Shown here: piece by piece, positions 14,106 through 22,654 of the stretch
Layout of the letters: every line of letters starts with the position of its first letter
How positions within the stretch are numbered: position 1 is the first letter of the stretch
IMG/VR virus record: IMGVR_UViG_3300037423_000701
Span: 1-64,000 of that record
Direction: 5' to 3' (one strand)
Origin: a virus
DNA: 64,000 nt
Translations under genes and position numbers: made by a program
The notes under the pieces: model-generated
Told to the model about the DNA's origin: nothing
The model's database searches: none
The model's input: the letters and a program-made list of their open reading frames with translations, nothing else

Positions 14106-15229
14106 GGATCACACAGTTCATTTCCGGCGCTGGAACGTGGGGAGACATAACCCCTGAGACTATGAACGAGAGGGGCTTAGGAGGCAGGGAAACGGCCTTG
14201 CTGAACCTAGGAATTGAGTGGGCGAAGCAAGGTCATGAAGTTATTTGCTTTGTGCCGACCGAGAAGCCTTACTTTAAGGGATACCCAGATGCAAGTCTGT
14301 TTTTAAATGGAAGTTTGCGTTTGGTTAACTATAAATTCTGTGTTGACTATATTGCCAACTTCGGCGCTGATATTTTGGTCAGTTGGGAAGAGCCTAGAAT
14401 CTTTGGTGTCAAGGAGATTAGAGATAACATCAAATTTGGCATTATAGAAATGCAGGTCGCAAACATGCAGACCACACCAGAGCTTGATTCTGTGACCGAT
14501 GCATATGCTGTCTTGTCTCAATGGGCCGGTGAATATCTCTCTCTTCAAGAACCTAACATTGATACCGACAAGATTGTTGTATTCCCTAATGGTGTGGACC
14601 TAGCTCGCTACGGGAAAGATATTCCTGAGAAGACCTTGGGCGACCGTATGCATTTCCATTACTCTTCGTCGCCTGATCGTGGTTTGGTTCATCTGTTGAA
14701 CATGTGGCCCCGAATTCGGAAGGAATTCCCCGGTTCCGTTCTCCACGTCTGCTACGGAATCGAGCACTGGATTCAGCATGTTCGTTGGGGTCACAATATG
14801 CAAGCAGAAATGGCGCTCGATATTGAGAAAAAATTGCGCCAAGACGGAGTTGTCTATCACGGAAAGGTGGGCCAGAAAAAGCTTGCCTCTATCCAGAAGA
14901 GTTCTAATGCTCTCCTCTACCCGTGTGACACCGTGCAGCCGACCGAGACAGGGTGCATCACCGTGGTCGAGGCTGGGGCCGCCTACGCGCCGTCGATCAT
15001 CACGAACGCCGACTGTCTCGGATCTGAGTTCGGTGAGACGGCTGCTGTTACATCACTACCTCTGGATTACGATGAGTACATCGAATCTATCGTTCAGGTA
15101 TGCGGTGACCAAGAGGTATATGAACAGTACCAGCACCTAGGCAGACAACTTGCAGAGAGTAGAAGCTGGTCTAAAATTGCGTTAGACTGGTTAAATCTAT
15201 TTAACTTGGCCGTCAATGCAAGAAATTAA
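14102..15229 (+). CDS. putative GT-B (family 1-like) glycosyltransferase
   Basis: GTGA start overlap after GAGG. N-terminal GGRETALLNLGIEWAKQGHEV and C-terminal TGCITVVEAGAAYAPSI resemble GT1/GT4 signatures. Confidence 0.55.
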   Translation: MRITQFISGAGTWGDITPETMNERGLGGRETALLNLGIEWAKQGHEVICFVPTEKPYFKGYPDASLFLNGSLRLVNYKFCVDYIANFGADILVSWEEPRIFGVKEIRDNIKFGIIEMQVANMQTTPELDSVTDAYAVLSQWAGEYLSLQEPNIDTDKIVVFPNGVDLARYGKDIPEKTLGDRMHFHYSSSPDRGLVHLLNMWPRIRKEFPGSVLHVCYGIEHWIQHVRWGHNMQAEMALDIEKKLRQDGVVYHGKVGQKKLASIQKSSNALLYPCDTVQPTETGCITVVEAGAAYAPSIITNADCLGSEFGETAAVTSLPLDYDEYIESIVQVCGDQEVYEQYQHLGRQLAESRSWSKIALDWLNLFNLAVNARN

Positions 15230-15467
15230 TACATTAACACCTAGGCAGTTGGAAGTATTGGCAGAATACGCCTCCGGTTATACAAGTAAAGAAATCTCCG
15301 GGCGCATTTACCTTTCGTATCACACGATCAGAGGTTATCTAAAATTAGCCAAGAAAAAGACCGGGGCGCGTGGCCTACCACAGATTGTGGCCTGGGCCAT
15401 TGCCGCTGACTTGCTGTGCGTCAATCCGGACGGCAGCGTAAGCGTAAGGGAGAATAATGAGCGTTAG
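15216..15467 (+). CDS. LuxR/GerE-type HTH regulator
   Basis: LTPRQLEVLAEYASGYTSKEISGRIYLSYHTIRGYL. Confidence 0.75.
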   Translation: MQEINTLTPRQLEVLAEYASGYTSKEISGRIYLSYHTIRGYLKLAKKKTGARGLPQIVAWAIAADLLCVNPDGSVSVRENNER

Positions 15468-16668
15468 TATTTTAGATTCGCACCGCAAAGTAATTGAGAA
15501 TCTTAAAAGACAAGGGTTCTCGAATCGCTATATAGCTGTTTATTATGGTGTGAGTGAAAAGTCTATTCGCCGCGCCTTGAAGCGCTGGGATAGAGAAGAT
15601 AGTGAGACGGAACCTAACGAGATTGTGGTCGAGGCAGAGAAGCCGATCAAGGTCACTGATCCTGATGAGCTTATGCACGAGTTGGGCGTCAACCCAGAAG
15701 AGTGGCATGTAGACACTATTGACGCTGGTAAGTGGGGTAACCCACAAGATCCGAGCTATAAGCTGTCGGTAAAGCTAAAGAACAAGCGCCCCGTAGATTT
15801 GATTCTCCCGGTGCAGAATGCGCAAGTGGAACTACCTGTCGTGTGGTCCTCTCCGAAGGCCGGAGAGCCAAAGCTAACCGTGTATGCGTCGGACTTTCAT
15901 GCTCCCTTCCATGACCGTGATCTGTTCCGGCGCTTCCTTCAGTTCCTAGCGATCAATCGGCCGCACGAAATCATCATTGGTGGCGATCTGAATGACTTCC
16001 CTGAGCAGAGCCGCCATAGGCATAAGCCCGAGTGGAAGGCCACCGTTATGGATTGTGTCAATGGCAGCTATGGGATTCTCTTGGCTATTCGTAAGGTTTG
16101 CCCTGACGCAAAGATCATCTTCCTTCCTGGTAACCATGATGAACGTATTCGCAATGCCATCATTGATCACAACAACAGCCTGTTTGATCTTCGGCCCGCC
16201 GATAAGGAAGGCGAAGAGCAGGATCTTTCTGTCTGGGATCTACGCAACATCCTTCGCCTAGATGAGTTGGGAGTTGAGTATGTAGACCCTCAGGGAACCT
16301 ATGAATACTCAATGTATGAAGTATCACCGAAACTTGCCGCCACGCACGGATGGGTGGTTAAAGGTAAGTCGGCTCAATCTGCGCAGGGGACTCTAGAGTC
16401 TCTGGGGCATTCTGTTCTCATCGGACATACCCATCGTCGTGGGTTCTATTACCTAACGGTCTTTGAGATTGACGGCACACCACGCGATTTGGTCGCTGTT
16501 GAGGCTGGTTGTATGTGCCTGCATAAGAAGGGCCTGGGATATGCCCGCGCCGCCAACTGGCAGCAGGGATTTGTTACCGCTCAGGTCTTTGATAATGGCG
16601 CATTCAATATCGAGCCTGCCGTTCATGTGAACGAGCAATTGATCTGGCGTGATCAGGTGTTTGCCTGA
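15457..16668 (+). CDS. metallophosphoesterase with N-terminal HTH
   Basis: Calcineurin-like motifs DFHAPFHD, GGDLNDF, GNHDERI and GHTHR. N-terminal GFSNRYIAVYYGVSEKSIRR. Confidence 0.75.
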   Translation: MSVSILDSHRKVIENLKRQGFSNRYIAVYYGVSEKSIRRALKRWDREDSETEPNEIVVEAEKPIKVTDPDELMHELGVNPEEWHVDTIDAGKWGNPQDPSYKLSVKLKNKRPVDLILPVQNAQVELPVVWSSPKAGEPKLTVYASDFHAPFHDRDLFRRFLQFLAINRPHEIIIGGDLNDFPEQSRHRHKPEWKATVMDCVNGSYGILLAIRKVCPDAKIIFLPGNHDERIRNAIIDHNNSLFDLRPADKEGEEQDLSVWDLRNILRLDELGVEYVDPQGTYEYSMYEVSPKLAATHGWVVKGKSAQSAQGTLESLGHSVLIGHTHRRGFYYLTVFEIDGTPRDLVAVEAGCMCLHKKGLGYARAANWQQGFVTAQVFDNGAFNIEPAVHVNEQLIWRDQVFA

Positions 16669-16777
16669 TCGCCCGGCAGCTTAAGAACTAAACGGCCAAT
16701 CTTGGCCCTACATGATCCTCTAATTTACGGGTAGTCTTTACAGACTCCCTGAAAAACCTACGACAAGAAAGAACAAT

Positions 16778-18445
16778 ATGGATGATGCTGAAGTCGATGT
16801 AAGTTTAGAAATGTCATCCTTTGCACACAATACTTACCTTGATAAGTATGCGTGGAAGGATGAAGACGGAAACCCTGTCGAGGATTGGCCCGATACATCT
16901 TTAAGAGTTACGACTCATGTACTTGGCGCGCTTGGATATCAAGCTGGCGACTATGAGTTCGACAAGATTTTGCAGTTTATTACTGAGCGCAAGTTCATGC
17001 CGGGCGGACGTTATCTCTACGCCTCCGGTCGCCGCTTACACCAGACACAAAACTGCCTGCTTTTGAAGATCGAGGACTCCCGCGAAGGGTGGGCTGAACT
17101 GTCTTACAAGGCAGAAATGGCTCTCATGACCGGCGCAGGGATCGGCGTGGACTACTCAGACCTTCGTCCGGCCGGGACACCGATCAGCAAGACCGGTGGT
17201 GTTGCCTCGGGTCCGATTGCCAAGATGAAGATGATCAATGAGATTGGTCGTAACGTGATGCAGGGTGGAGCTAGACGTTCTGCTATCTGGGCCGGTCTTA
17301 ACTGGAAGCACGGAGATATCTTCAAGTTCATTCATTCAAAGGAATGGCCTGAGGTAGTAGTGAAGCTGAAGGAGGAAGACTTCCTCTTTCCGGCCGATCT
17401 TGATATGACTAATATTTCAGTGATCCTAGATGATGAGTTCTTCGATGCTTTCGAGGACGAGAATCATCGGTGGCATGAGCACGCTAGGTCTGTTTACGAC
17501 GAGGCGACTCGAAACATGATTCGTACGGCCGAGCCAGGATTTTCAGTCGATGTGGGTGAGAATGCCGGTGAAACCCTCCGCAATGCGTGTACGGAAGTGA
17601 CCAGTCGTGACGACTCTGATGTGTGTAACTTAGGCTCGATAAATCTCGCTCGTATTTCCGATAAAGAAGAAATGCGTGAAGTCGTTGCCTTAGGAACATT
17701 GTTCCTCCTGTCTGGAACAGTTTATTCTCATCTTCCTTACGAGAAGGTTGCTGAGACGCGAAAGAAGAACCGTCGCCTTGGCCTTGGCCTCATGGGTATC
17801 CATGAATGGCTTCTGCGTCGAGGTAAGACCTACGGCGCTGACGATGAGTTGTCAGAGTGGTTGGATATCTATGCAGAATCTACCACTATTGCTGAACAGT
17901 TGTCGTTTGCGCATGGCTTAACAGCCCCCATTAAAACCCGCGCCATAGCCCCGACCGGAACCATCGGCATCGTGGCAGAGACAACCACTGGCATTGAACC
18001 GATCTTCAACTCTGCCTTCAAGCGCCGGACCCGTATTGCCTCGCCCGAGGGGGATGTTGTGCGGTTCGAGTACGTGGTTGACCCGACAGCCAAGAGAATG
18101 ATCGACCTTGGTGTGGACGTAGAAAAGATCGAAGATGCTTACACGCTGGCTTACCAAGTGGAGCGGCGTATTGCCTTCCAGGCGTGGGTGCAGCAGTGGG
18201 TAGACCATGGCATTTCGTCTACTATCAACTTGCCCTATCCGATCACCGATGAGGTAGAGGTCGAGGACTTCAAGAATGTTCTTATGAAGTACTTGCCGAG
18301 ACTACGCGGCGTGACGGCCTATCCGGATGGGGCGAGAGCCGGACAGCCGATTACCCCCGTGCCGCTCGATTACGCGCTCTCACAGGAGGGCATCGTGTTC
18401 GAAGAGTCGGAAGAAAGATGCAAGGGTGGTGTCTGCGGCGCGTAG
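16778..18445 (+). CDS. ribonucleotide reductase catalytic chain (probably class II; no small-subunit ORF in the window)
   Basis: Active-site CNLGSINLA and a C-terminal Cys pair CKGGVCGA. 555 aa. Confidence 0.8.
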   Translation: MDDAEVDVSLEMSSFAHNTYLDKYAWKDEDGNPVEDWPDTSLRVTTHVLGALGYQAGDYEFDKILQFITERKFMPGGRYLYASGRRLHQTQNCLLLKIEDSREGWAELSYKAEMALMTGAGIGVDYSDLRPAGTPISKTGGVASGPIAKMKMINEIGRNVMQGGARRSAIWAGLNWKHGDIFKFIHSKEWPEVVVKLKEEDFLFPADLDMTNISVILDDEFFDAFEDENHRWHEHARSVYDEATRNMIRTAEPGFSVDVGENAGETLRNACTEVTSRDDSDVCNLGSINLARISDKEEMREVVALGTLFLLSGTVYSHLPYEKVAETRKKNRRLGLGLMGIHEWLLRRGKTYGADDELSEWLDIYAESTTIAEQLSFAHGLTAPIKTRAIAPTGTIGIVAETTTGIEPIFNSAFKRRTRIASPEGDVVRFEYVVDPTAKRMIDLGVDVEKIEDAYTLAYQVERRIAFQAWVQQWVDHGISSTINLPYPITDEVEVEDFKNVLMKYLPRLRGVTAYPDGARAGQPITPVPLDYALSQEGIVFEESEERCKGGVCGA

Positions 18446-18572
18446 ATGCTATATTGCGCGCTGGCCCTGAGGATAGTGGGTATGGACGACGGAATAGCGC
18501 ACCCGTCGAGAGGCGTTGACTAAGTTTAAAGGTCAACGGTGTAAGGGCCAACAAAACTGATCTGTCGCAGAA

Positions 18573-18618
18573 AGCTCCCCGCCTCCCCCTGTACCCGGGC
18601 GGGGGGCTTTCTTCTTTT
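18573..18618 (+). terminator. rho-independent terminator after the RNR gene
   Basis: 11-bp stem AGCTCCCCGCC/GGCGGGGGGCT with one U-G pair in plus sense, followed by TTTCTTCTTTT. Confidence 0.65.
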
Positions 18619-18621
18619 AAA

Positions 18622-18873
18622 CTACTCCTGTTCGCCTGCCGACTCGGGATTATCCCACGTTTCGTTCCCGTGTAGGGAACTGAATAGGTATCCTTGAACC
18701 TGCCAGTCAGGTATCTCACCGATGGCGTTTCGGGTAAGAAATCTTGTGCCGTCTGGTCGCATCCATTCTGCGATGACAATTCCTCCGACAAGCAAAGCCT
18801 CGCTTGTCATCGGTATTTCTTCTAAATACTCTTTTAGAATCTCCTGAAAGCCATCAATGTTATCTGCACTCAT
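18622..18873 (-). CDS. hypothetical protein (83 aa)
   Basis: ORF abutting 18874..19392. Confidence 0.55.
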   Translation of the reverse strand: MSADNIDGFQEILKEYLEEIPMTSEALLVGGIVIAEWMRPDGTRFLTRNAIGEIPDWQVQGYLFSSLHGNETWDNPESAGEQE

Positions 18874-19392
18874 TCAACAAATATTACCAGCTTTGAGTTG
18901 CTCTTTCGCCGTTCTTAGGTGATCTGCTCTTTGCAGGTTCCAGATGGGGATGGAGTAATTTTCGGCAATACGTAATGCTTGTCCTGTTCCCCCTGTGGCC
19001 TTTCCATCCTTAGTCCAACAGATGACGAAATCTACAGGGTCCTTCAGATTAGGACCAAGGATTTGATGGCAATTGCGAGCGTGGAGGGCTCTAGCACCAC
19101 GCTTTAGAAATTTCCACCCGGGGTGAAATACCTTTGCTATCTCGAACGCCTCTGATGATGGTGAGGTCATTAAAATATTAATTTCGTTATAACACCCAAA
19201 TGTCGGCCAAGGTAGAAAGACGTTGCATCGCCCTGTACAGCCACGCTCGAATGCTTGATCCGCCCCAGGTGCTCCGCCAGTTCTACATATATAATTATGA
19301 CTGAGCATTTCAGAAAGCTCTGTCATAAAAGAAAGAATCTCTTCAGGGGTTTCCCTAGAACCAATACCTGCGTAGTATCTATTCTCTTGCAT
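18874..19392 (-). CDS. DprA/Smf-like (SLOG-fold) protein
   Basis: IGSRETP...TGGAPGADQAFERG...HARNCHQILG...GGTGQALRIAE follows the DprA Rossmann-domain pattern. Confidence 0.6.
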   Translation of the reverse strand: MQENRYYAGIGSRETPEEILSFMTELSEMLSHNYICRTGGAPGADQAFERGCTGRCNVFLPWPTFGCYNEINILMTSPSSEAFEIAKVFHPGWKFLKRGARALHARNCHQILGPNLKDPVDFVICWTKDGKATGGTGQALRIAENYSIPIWNLQRADHLRTAKEQLKAGNIC

Positions 19393-19765
19393 ATTGGGCT
19401 CTCATCTTTAGGCCCGCCACAGCGGTCTTCATCCTCTCGCGCGAATTATCACAATCCATTCCTGACCCCAACCAATCGTCTAAAGCTTCAGAGAATGCGT
19501 TTAGAAATGGATTGAAGTGAAGCGGAGGATCATATTGAAACCACCCTTTTTCAAGGGCTACCACTACGGCTTGGGCTCCGTTGGTAACATCAAGCTTTTT
19601 GTAAGAATTTGCTAGATGAGTTCTAATGGTGGTGTGCTGACAGCCAAGATAGGTAGCTATCTCTTTCGGAGCATAACCCTTAGCTACAAGCTTCAGCACT
19701 CTGTATTCACTATTAGTTAAGGGACAATCATTCCGTGCTCTGGTCTTCATCAACACCTCAACCAC
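19379..19765 (-). CDS. LuxR/GerE-type HTH regulator
   Basis: LTNSEYRVLKLVAKGYAPKEIATYLGCQHTTIRTHLANSYKKL. Confidence 0.7.
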   Translation of the reverse strand: MVEVLMKTRARNDCPLTNSEYRVLKLVAKGYAPKEIATYLGCQHTTIRTHLANSYKKLDVTNGAQAVVVALEKGWFQYDPPLHFNPFLNAFSEALDDWLGSGMDCDNSRERMKTAVAGLKMRAQYARE

Positions 19766-19768
19766 AAA

Positions 19769-19844
19769 TGCCCGGTGTAGGCATCGAACCTACGACCTCC
19801 CGCGTGTAAGGCGGGCGCTCTCCGCCCATCTGAGCTAACCGGGC
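19769..19844 (-). tRNA. tRNA-Val (anticodon TAC)
   Basis: Hand-folded cloverleaf: acceptor GCCCGGT/ACCGGGC, anticodon arm CCCGC-CTTACAC-GCGGG, T-arm GTAGG-TTCGATG-CCTAC. No encoded CCA. Confidence 0.85.
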
Positions 19845-19942
19845 AATGATTCTGTTTTCAAGGTACCGGCGTTATATATTGGGGGTAGGCGGATGCCAGC
19901 CATTTATTCCCCTGTTTATGTTAGGAAAATACCTACCCCCAG

Positions 19943-20014
19943 AGCGCCTAGTCGGGTTCGAACCGACGAACCAAGTTTGGAAGGCTTGTATGTTGCCAAC
20001 TACATCATAGGCGC
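19943..20014 (-). tRNA. tRNA-Gly (anticodon TCC)
   Basis: Acceptor GCGCCTA/TAGGCGC, anticodon loop CTTCCAA, T-arm GTCGG-TTCGAAC-CCGAC, discriminator U. One 31-39 mismatch. Confidence 0.8.
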
Positions 20015-20104
20015 AAATAATTGGGCACTAGATAAAGGTATACTATCCGCTAATTCCCTGGTTAACGGCTCTTATCTAACACCACTTCCCTCAGGGCCGG
20101 GCAA

Positions 20105-20177
20105 AGCCGTCATAGGGACTCGAACCCTAAACCTTCTGATTACAAAACAGATGCTCTACCAATTGAGCTATGACGGC
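20105..20177 (-). tRNA. tRNA-Thr (anticodon TGT)
   Basis: Acceptor GCCGTCA/TGACGGC, D-arm GCTC-AATTGGTA-GAGC, anticodon loop TTTGTAA, T-arm TAGGG-TTCGAGT-CCCTA. Confidence 0.85.
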
Positions 20178-20182
20178 GAATC

Positions 20183-20359
20183 TTAGTTGACCTGTTCTAA
20201 AGACGATTCCTGAATAAGACCTTTAGACAGAAGATCAGCCTGTCTCTTCGTGACGCCCTTACCAGGATAGATTTGAAAACCATCTTTGTCTACCACTATC
20301 CATCGTGTTCCGTCGTCTTTTTCTACAGGTGCGCTGGATACTTTCTTCTTTGGCGGCAT
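20183..20359 (-). CDS. hypothetical protein (58 aa)
   Basis: Hand-translated (MPPKKKVSSAPVEKDDGTRWIVVDKDGFQIY...). Below the length cut-off of the ORF track. Confidence 0.45.
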   Translation of the reverse strand: MPPKKKVSSAPVEKDDGTRWIVVDKDGFQIYPGKGVTKRQADLLSKGLIQESSLEQVN

Positions 20360-20365
20360 CTAAAG

Positions 20366-20620
20366 TTATCCGTTGTTAGGGATGAAAGCCATCGTAGATT
20401 CGGCAGCTTTTTCCAGTAGTTTTTTACGCTCCCCTGAATTGGTCGTTTGGCGAGCCCTTTGCGCATAAAGCATCGGAAAGTAAACGCTTACACCTGGACA
20501 TTTCTCGCAAGCGTTATAGCCAAACTCAGCCACAGTATCCCAACCAGCCTTGAATGCGTCATCCCATGAATCAAATATTACAACTTTTGCACAATTCCCG
20601 CATACAAGCCTGACTTTCAT
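20366..20620 (-). CDS. small zinc-binding protein (84 aa)
   Basis: CGNC...CEKCPG. Confidence 0.55.
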   Translation of the reverse strand: MKVRLVCGNCAKVVIFDSWDDAFKAGWDTVAEFGYNACEKCPGVSVYFPMLYAQRARQTTNSGERKKLLEKAAESTMAFIPNNG

Positions 20621-20627
20621 AACTTAC

Positions 20628-21941
20628 CTAATCCTTATACGGATCGAAGGTGTCAGAGCCAGCCATTGCTACCCCAATGGGGAATAGCGTGTGCGTGACC
20701 GCGATTGTTCTATTGTGATACATCAGCACGTCGTTCAGGCGCTTATAGGCGGCGGGAGCTTCATCGGCAGCGCCACCCTTCAGCACGATCCTCTCTTCGC
20801 GGAGGCGTTCGAGCGTGGCCGCCCAATCGACTTCGCCGCCCTTTCGGAGTCTAATCTTCCGAGGCCGTGCGCCGGGGTGGTCGGGACACATCCCCTTGCC
20901 CGGCGTCGTATTGGCCTGCGCCACGGGAATCTCATATTCGCAATCCCTGTTTCCGCACTGCCAGACCTTCTTCCACTTCCCCGCAGCCTTGGTGCGTGAT
21001 AGCACTCTGCCTGCGCCATGTACAGTTGAGTTGAGAAGGTACTGCGCCTCATCGTTCTCAACGCCTTCCACGATAACTGAAGGCTCGCCCATCGTGGAGC
21101 CGATGAAGCCCTCCTGCCCGGGAAAGGCTGGCGTGCAGCCCTTGCGCACGACCCACAGTTCCTCACCCTGATGTGTTTCTTTCCAGGCAAAGTTGTGGTG
21201 GTTGTGAACTTCGTAGTCTGTTTCTGCGCCGAGGATTTCACAGACTTTGTTCACGACCATATCCCTACCGGCATAGGCATACTCTCCAGCCAGTGTCATG
21301 GCCTGTATATAGGCTTCCCCTAGGCCGCTGTCGATCCGGAAGAGGACCGGCGGTGAGTCCATTTCACCTTCAGATCCTTGGTCCTCGAATGTCTTGCCTT
21401 GCGAGAGCGCGAGGAAGCCTGTCGCCGTCTTGTGCCCGAACCCTCGGGAGCCGAAGTGGACTCCGATCCAAACCTTATCTTCTTCATCCCTGAATAGGTC
21501 TACGTAGTGGTTTCCCGATCCCACCGTGCCAAGTTGTTTGACGGCTAGATCGTATAGCTGCCTTTGCGGTGCGAATTCGGCATTCTTGATCTTGTCGAAT
21601 ACTTCGTGATCCGCCGGTTCATTGTTTTTACGACCGACGCCAAAAGAAATCCGTGCAAAGATTTCATCCATAATCTTTGGCACGTTATTTTTTATCTCAG
21701 AATATTTAATATTGGTACGAACTGCCTTATTCCCGCAGGCAATGTCGTATCCGACCCCGGATGGGGAAATGTAGTCCCGGTAGCCGATCACCCCGCCGAT
21801 GGGCTGTGAGTAGCCGACGTGACCATCAGCGCAGATCGCGGCCAGGGGCGCGTCACCGGCCAGCGCGCACCGCTCTAGCTGCTCGATGGCGCGTGGGTCT
21901 ATATCCCCATACACGGTGATTACGGGCACGGCGTTGGTCAT
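20628..21941 (-). CDS. rtcB: RtcB-family RNA 3'-phosphate ligase
   Basis: CADGHVGYSQPIGGV, GYDIACGN, GSGNHYVDLF, HFGSRGFGH and HNHHNFAW motifs. 437 aa. Confidence 0.9.
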   Translation of the reverse strand: MTNAVPVITVYGDIDPRAIEQLERCALAGDAPLAAICADGHVGYSQPIGGVIGYRDYISPSGVGYDIACGNKAVRTNIKYSEIKNNVPKIMDEIFARISFGVGRKNNEPADHEVFDKIKNAEFAPQRQLYDLAVKQLGTVGSGNHYVDLFRDEEDKVWIGVHFGSRGFGHKTATGFLALSQGKTFEDQGSEGEMDSPPVLFRIDSGLGEAYIQAMTLAGEYAYAGRDMVVNKVCEILGAETDYEVHNHHNFAWKETHQGEELWVVRKGCTPAFPGQEGFIGSTMGEPSVIVEGVENDEAQYLLNSTVHGAGRVLSRTKAAGKWKKVWQCGNRDCEYEIPVAQANTTPGKGMCPDHPGARPRKIRLRKGGEVDWAATLERLREERIVLKGGAADEAPAAYKRLNDVLMYHNRTIAVTHTLFPIGVAMAGSDTFDPYKD

Positions 21942-22168
21942 AGCTTTTCCATCCTTCCATACCGCTCGATATGTACGTCGGCTAGTCGCTCAGCCATAAC
22001 GCGCTCTTCAACCTCATAAATCTGTGCCATCATCTTAATGAGATTCCATGCATCAACTTGTGTCATTAAAGGTAAATTGTGATTTATTCCCTTCACCTTA
22101 CTTTTGGGGCCATAGGATCTAACAAAATCTGCTGCGTAGATCCATGGATATTTAATATCATCACTCAT
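21938..22168 (-). CDS. hypothetical protein (76 aa)
   Basis: ATGA overlap with the rtcB start. Confidence 0.55.
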   Translation of the reverse strand: MSDDIKYPWIYAADFVRSYGPKSKVKGINHNLPLMTQVDAWNLIKMMAQIYEVEERVMAERLADVHIERYGRMEKL

Positions 22169-22170
22169 AA

Positions 22171-22242
22171 CTCGGGGACTAGGAATCGAACCCAGATTAC
22201 AAGGACCAAAACCTTGCGTCTTACCGATTAGACGATCCCCGA
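22171..22242 (-). tRNA. tRNA-Gln (anticodon TTG)
   Basis: Acceptor TCGGGGA/TCCCCGA (U1-A72), anticodon arm CAAGG-TTTTGGT-CCTTG, T-arm CTGGG-TTCGATT-CCTAG. Confidence 0.85.
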
Positions 22243-22246
22243 ATAG

Positions 22247-22447
22247 TTATAGGGATAGTTCTTTTAGATTCTTAAATGCCTTTAGCATAGAATCGTCTTC
22301 AATATAAAATGGATCACAATCATCCTGAAATCCATTAACTTCTCTTACTGCATTAGCTATAAGCTGGCCTAATCTCCAATCGGTATTTAGCTCCCACAGA
22401 GATTGCAGCTCTTTAATAACTTCTGGAATTCTGCTTGGATCTCTCAT
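22247..22447 (-). CDS. hypothetical protein (66 aa)
   Basis: ORF wedged between two tRNA genes. Confidence 0.55.
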   Translation of the reverse strand: MRDPSRIPEVIKELQSLWELNTDWRLGQLIANAVREVNGFQDDCDPFYIEDDSMLKAFKNLKELSL

Positions 22448-22449
22448 AG

Positions 22450-22522
22450 TACGCCCGGTAGGGGTCGAACCTACAACCTACCGCTCATAAGACGGCCGCT
22501 CTAACCATTGAGCTACGGGCGC
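22450..22522 (-). tRNA. tRNA-Ile (anticodon TAT)
   Basis: Acceptor GCGCCCG/CGGGCGT (G1-U72), anticodon arm GCCGT-CTTATGA-GCGGT, T-arm GTAGG-TTCGACC-CCTAC. Confidence 0.7.
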
Positions 22523-22544
22523 GGACACACCTTACCGTGCTTGT

Positions 22545-22577
22545 CAAGAGAAAGGGCCGAGGATTTCTCCCCGGCCC
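22545..22577 (-). terminator. rho-independent terminator
   Basis: In minus sense GGGCCGGGGA-GAAA-UCCUCGGCCC (10 bp including one G-U, GNRA loop), followed by UUUCUCUU. Confidence 0.7.
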
Positions 22578-22654
22578 GTTCCCTATCTAATGGAGGTCGC
22601 TGGTTCGAACTCACGAACAAGCGGTTGGACGGTAGCAGCCGCATCGCCAGTCTG

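Noticed and set aside
16729-16749. Shared AGACTCC / GGTAGTCT inverted-repeat words upstream of the RNR gene, at 4538-4558 and (partly) at 2590-2607. Considered as a common operator.
   Set aside because: The shared words are only 7-8 nt, of which several chance copies are expected in 64 kb. The arm order and spacing also differ between the sites.
19881-19940. 9-bp inverted repeat GGGGGTAGG...CCTACCCCC between tRNA-Val and tRNA-Gly. Considered as a sixth tRNA.
   Set aside because: It is only about 60 nt long and has no T-arm, D-arm or anticodon stem in either orientation. It may be a processing hairpin or a remnant, but it cannot be called a tRNA.
20691-21493. Several ORFs inside or antisense to rtcB: 20691..20999, 20780..21241 (minus), 20815..21171 and 21173..21493.
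   Set aside because: They fall within the GC-rich part of a motif-complete RtcB gene, so they are artefacts of composition.
22542-22547. Minus-strand TTGACA just upstream of tRNA-Ile, considered as a tRNA promoter.
   Set aside because: There is no acceptable -10 hexamer at 16-19 nt. The expected -10 position falls inside the tRNA itself.
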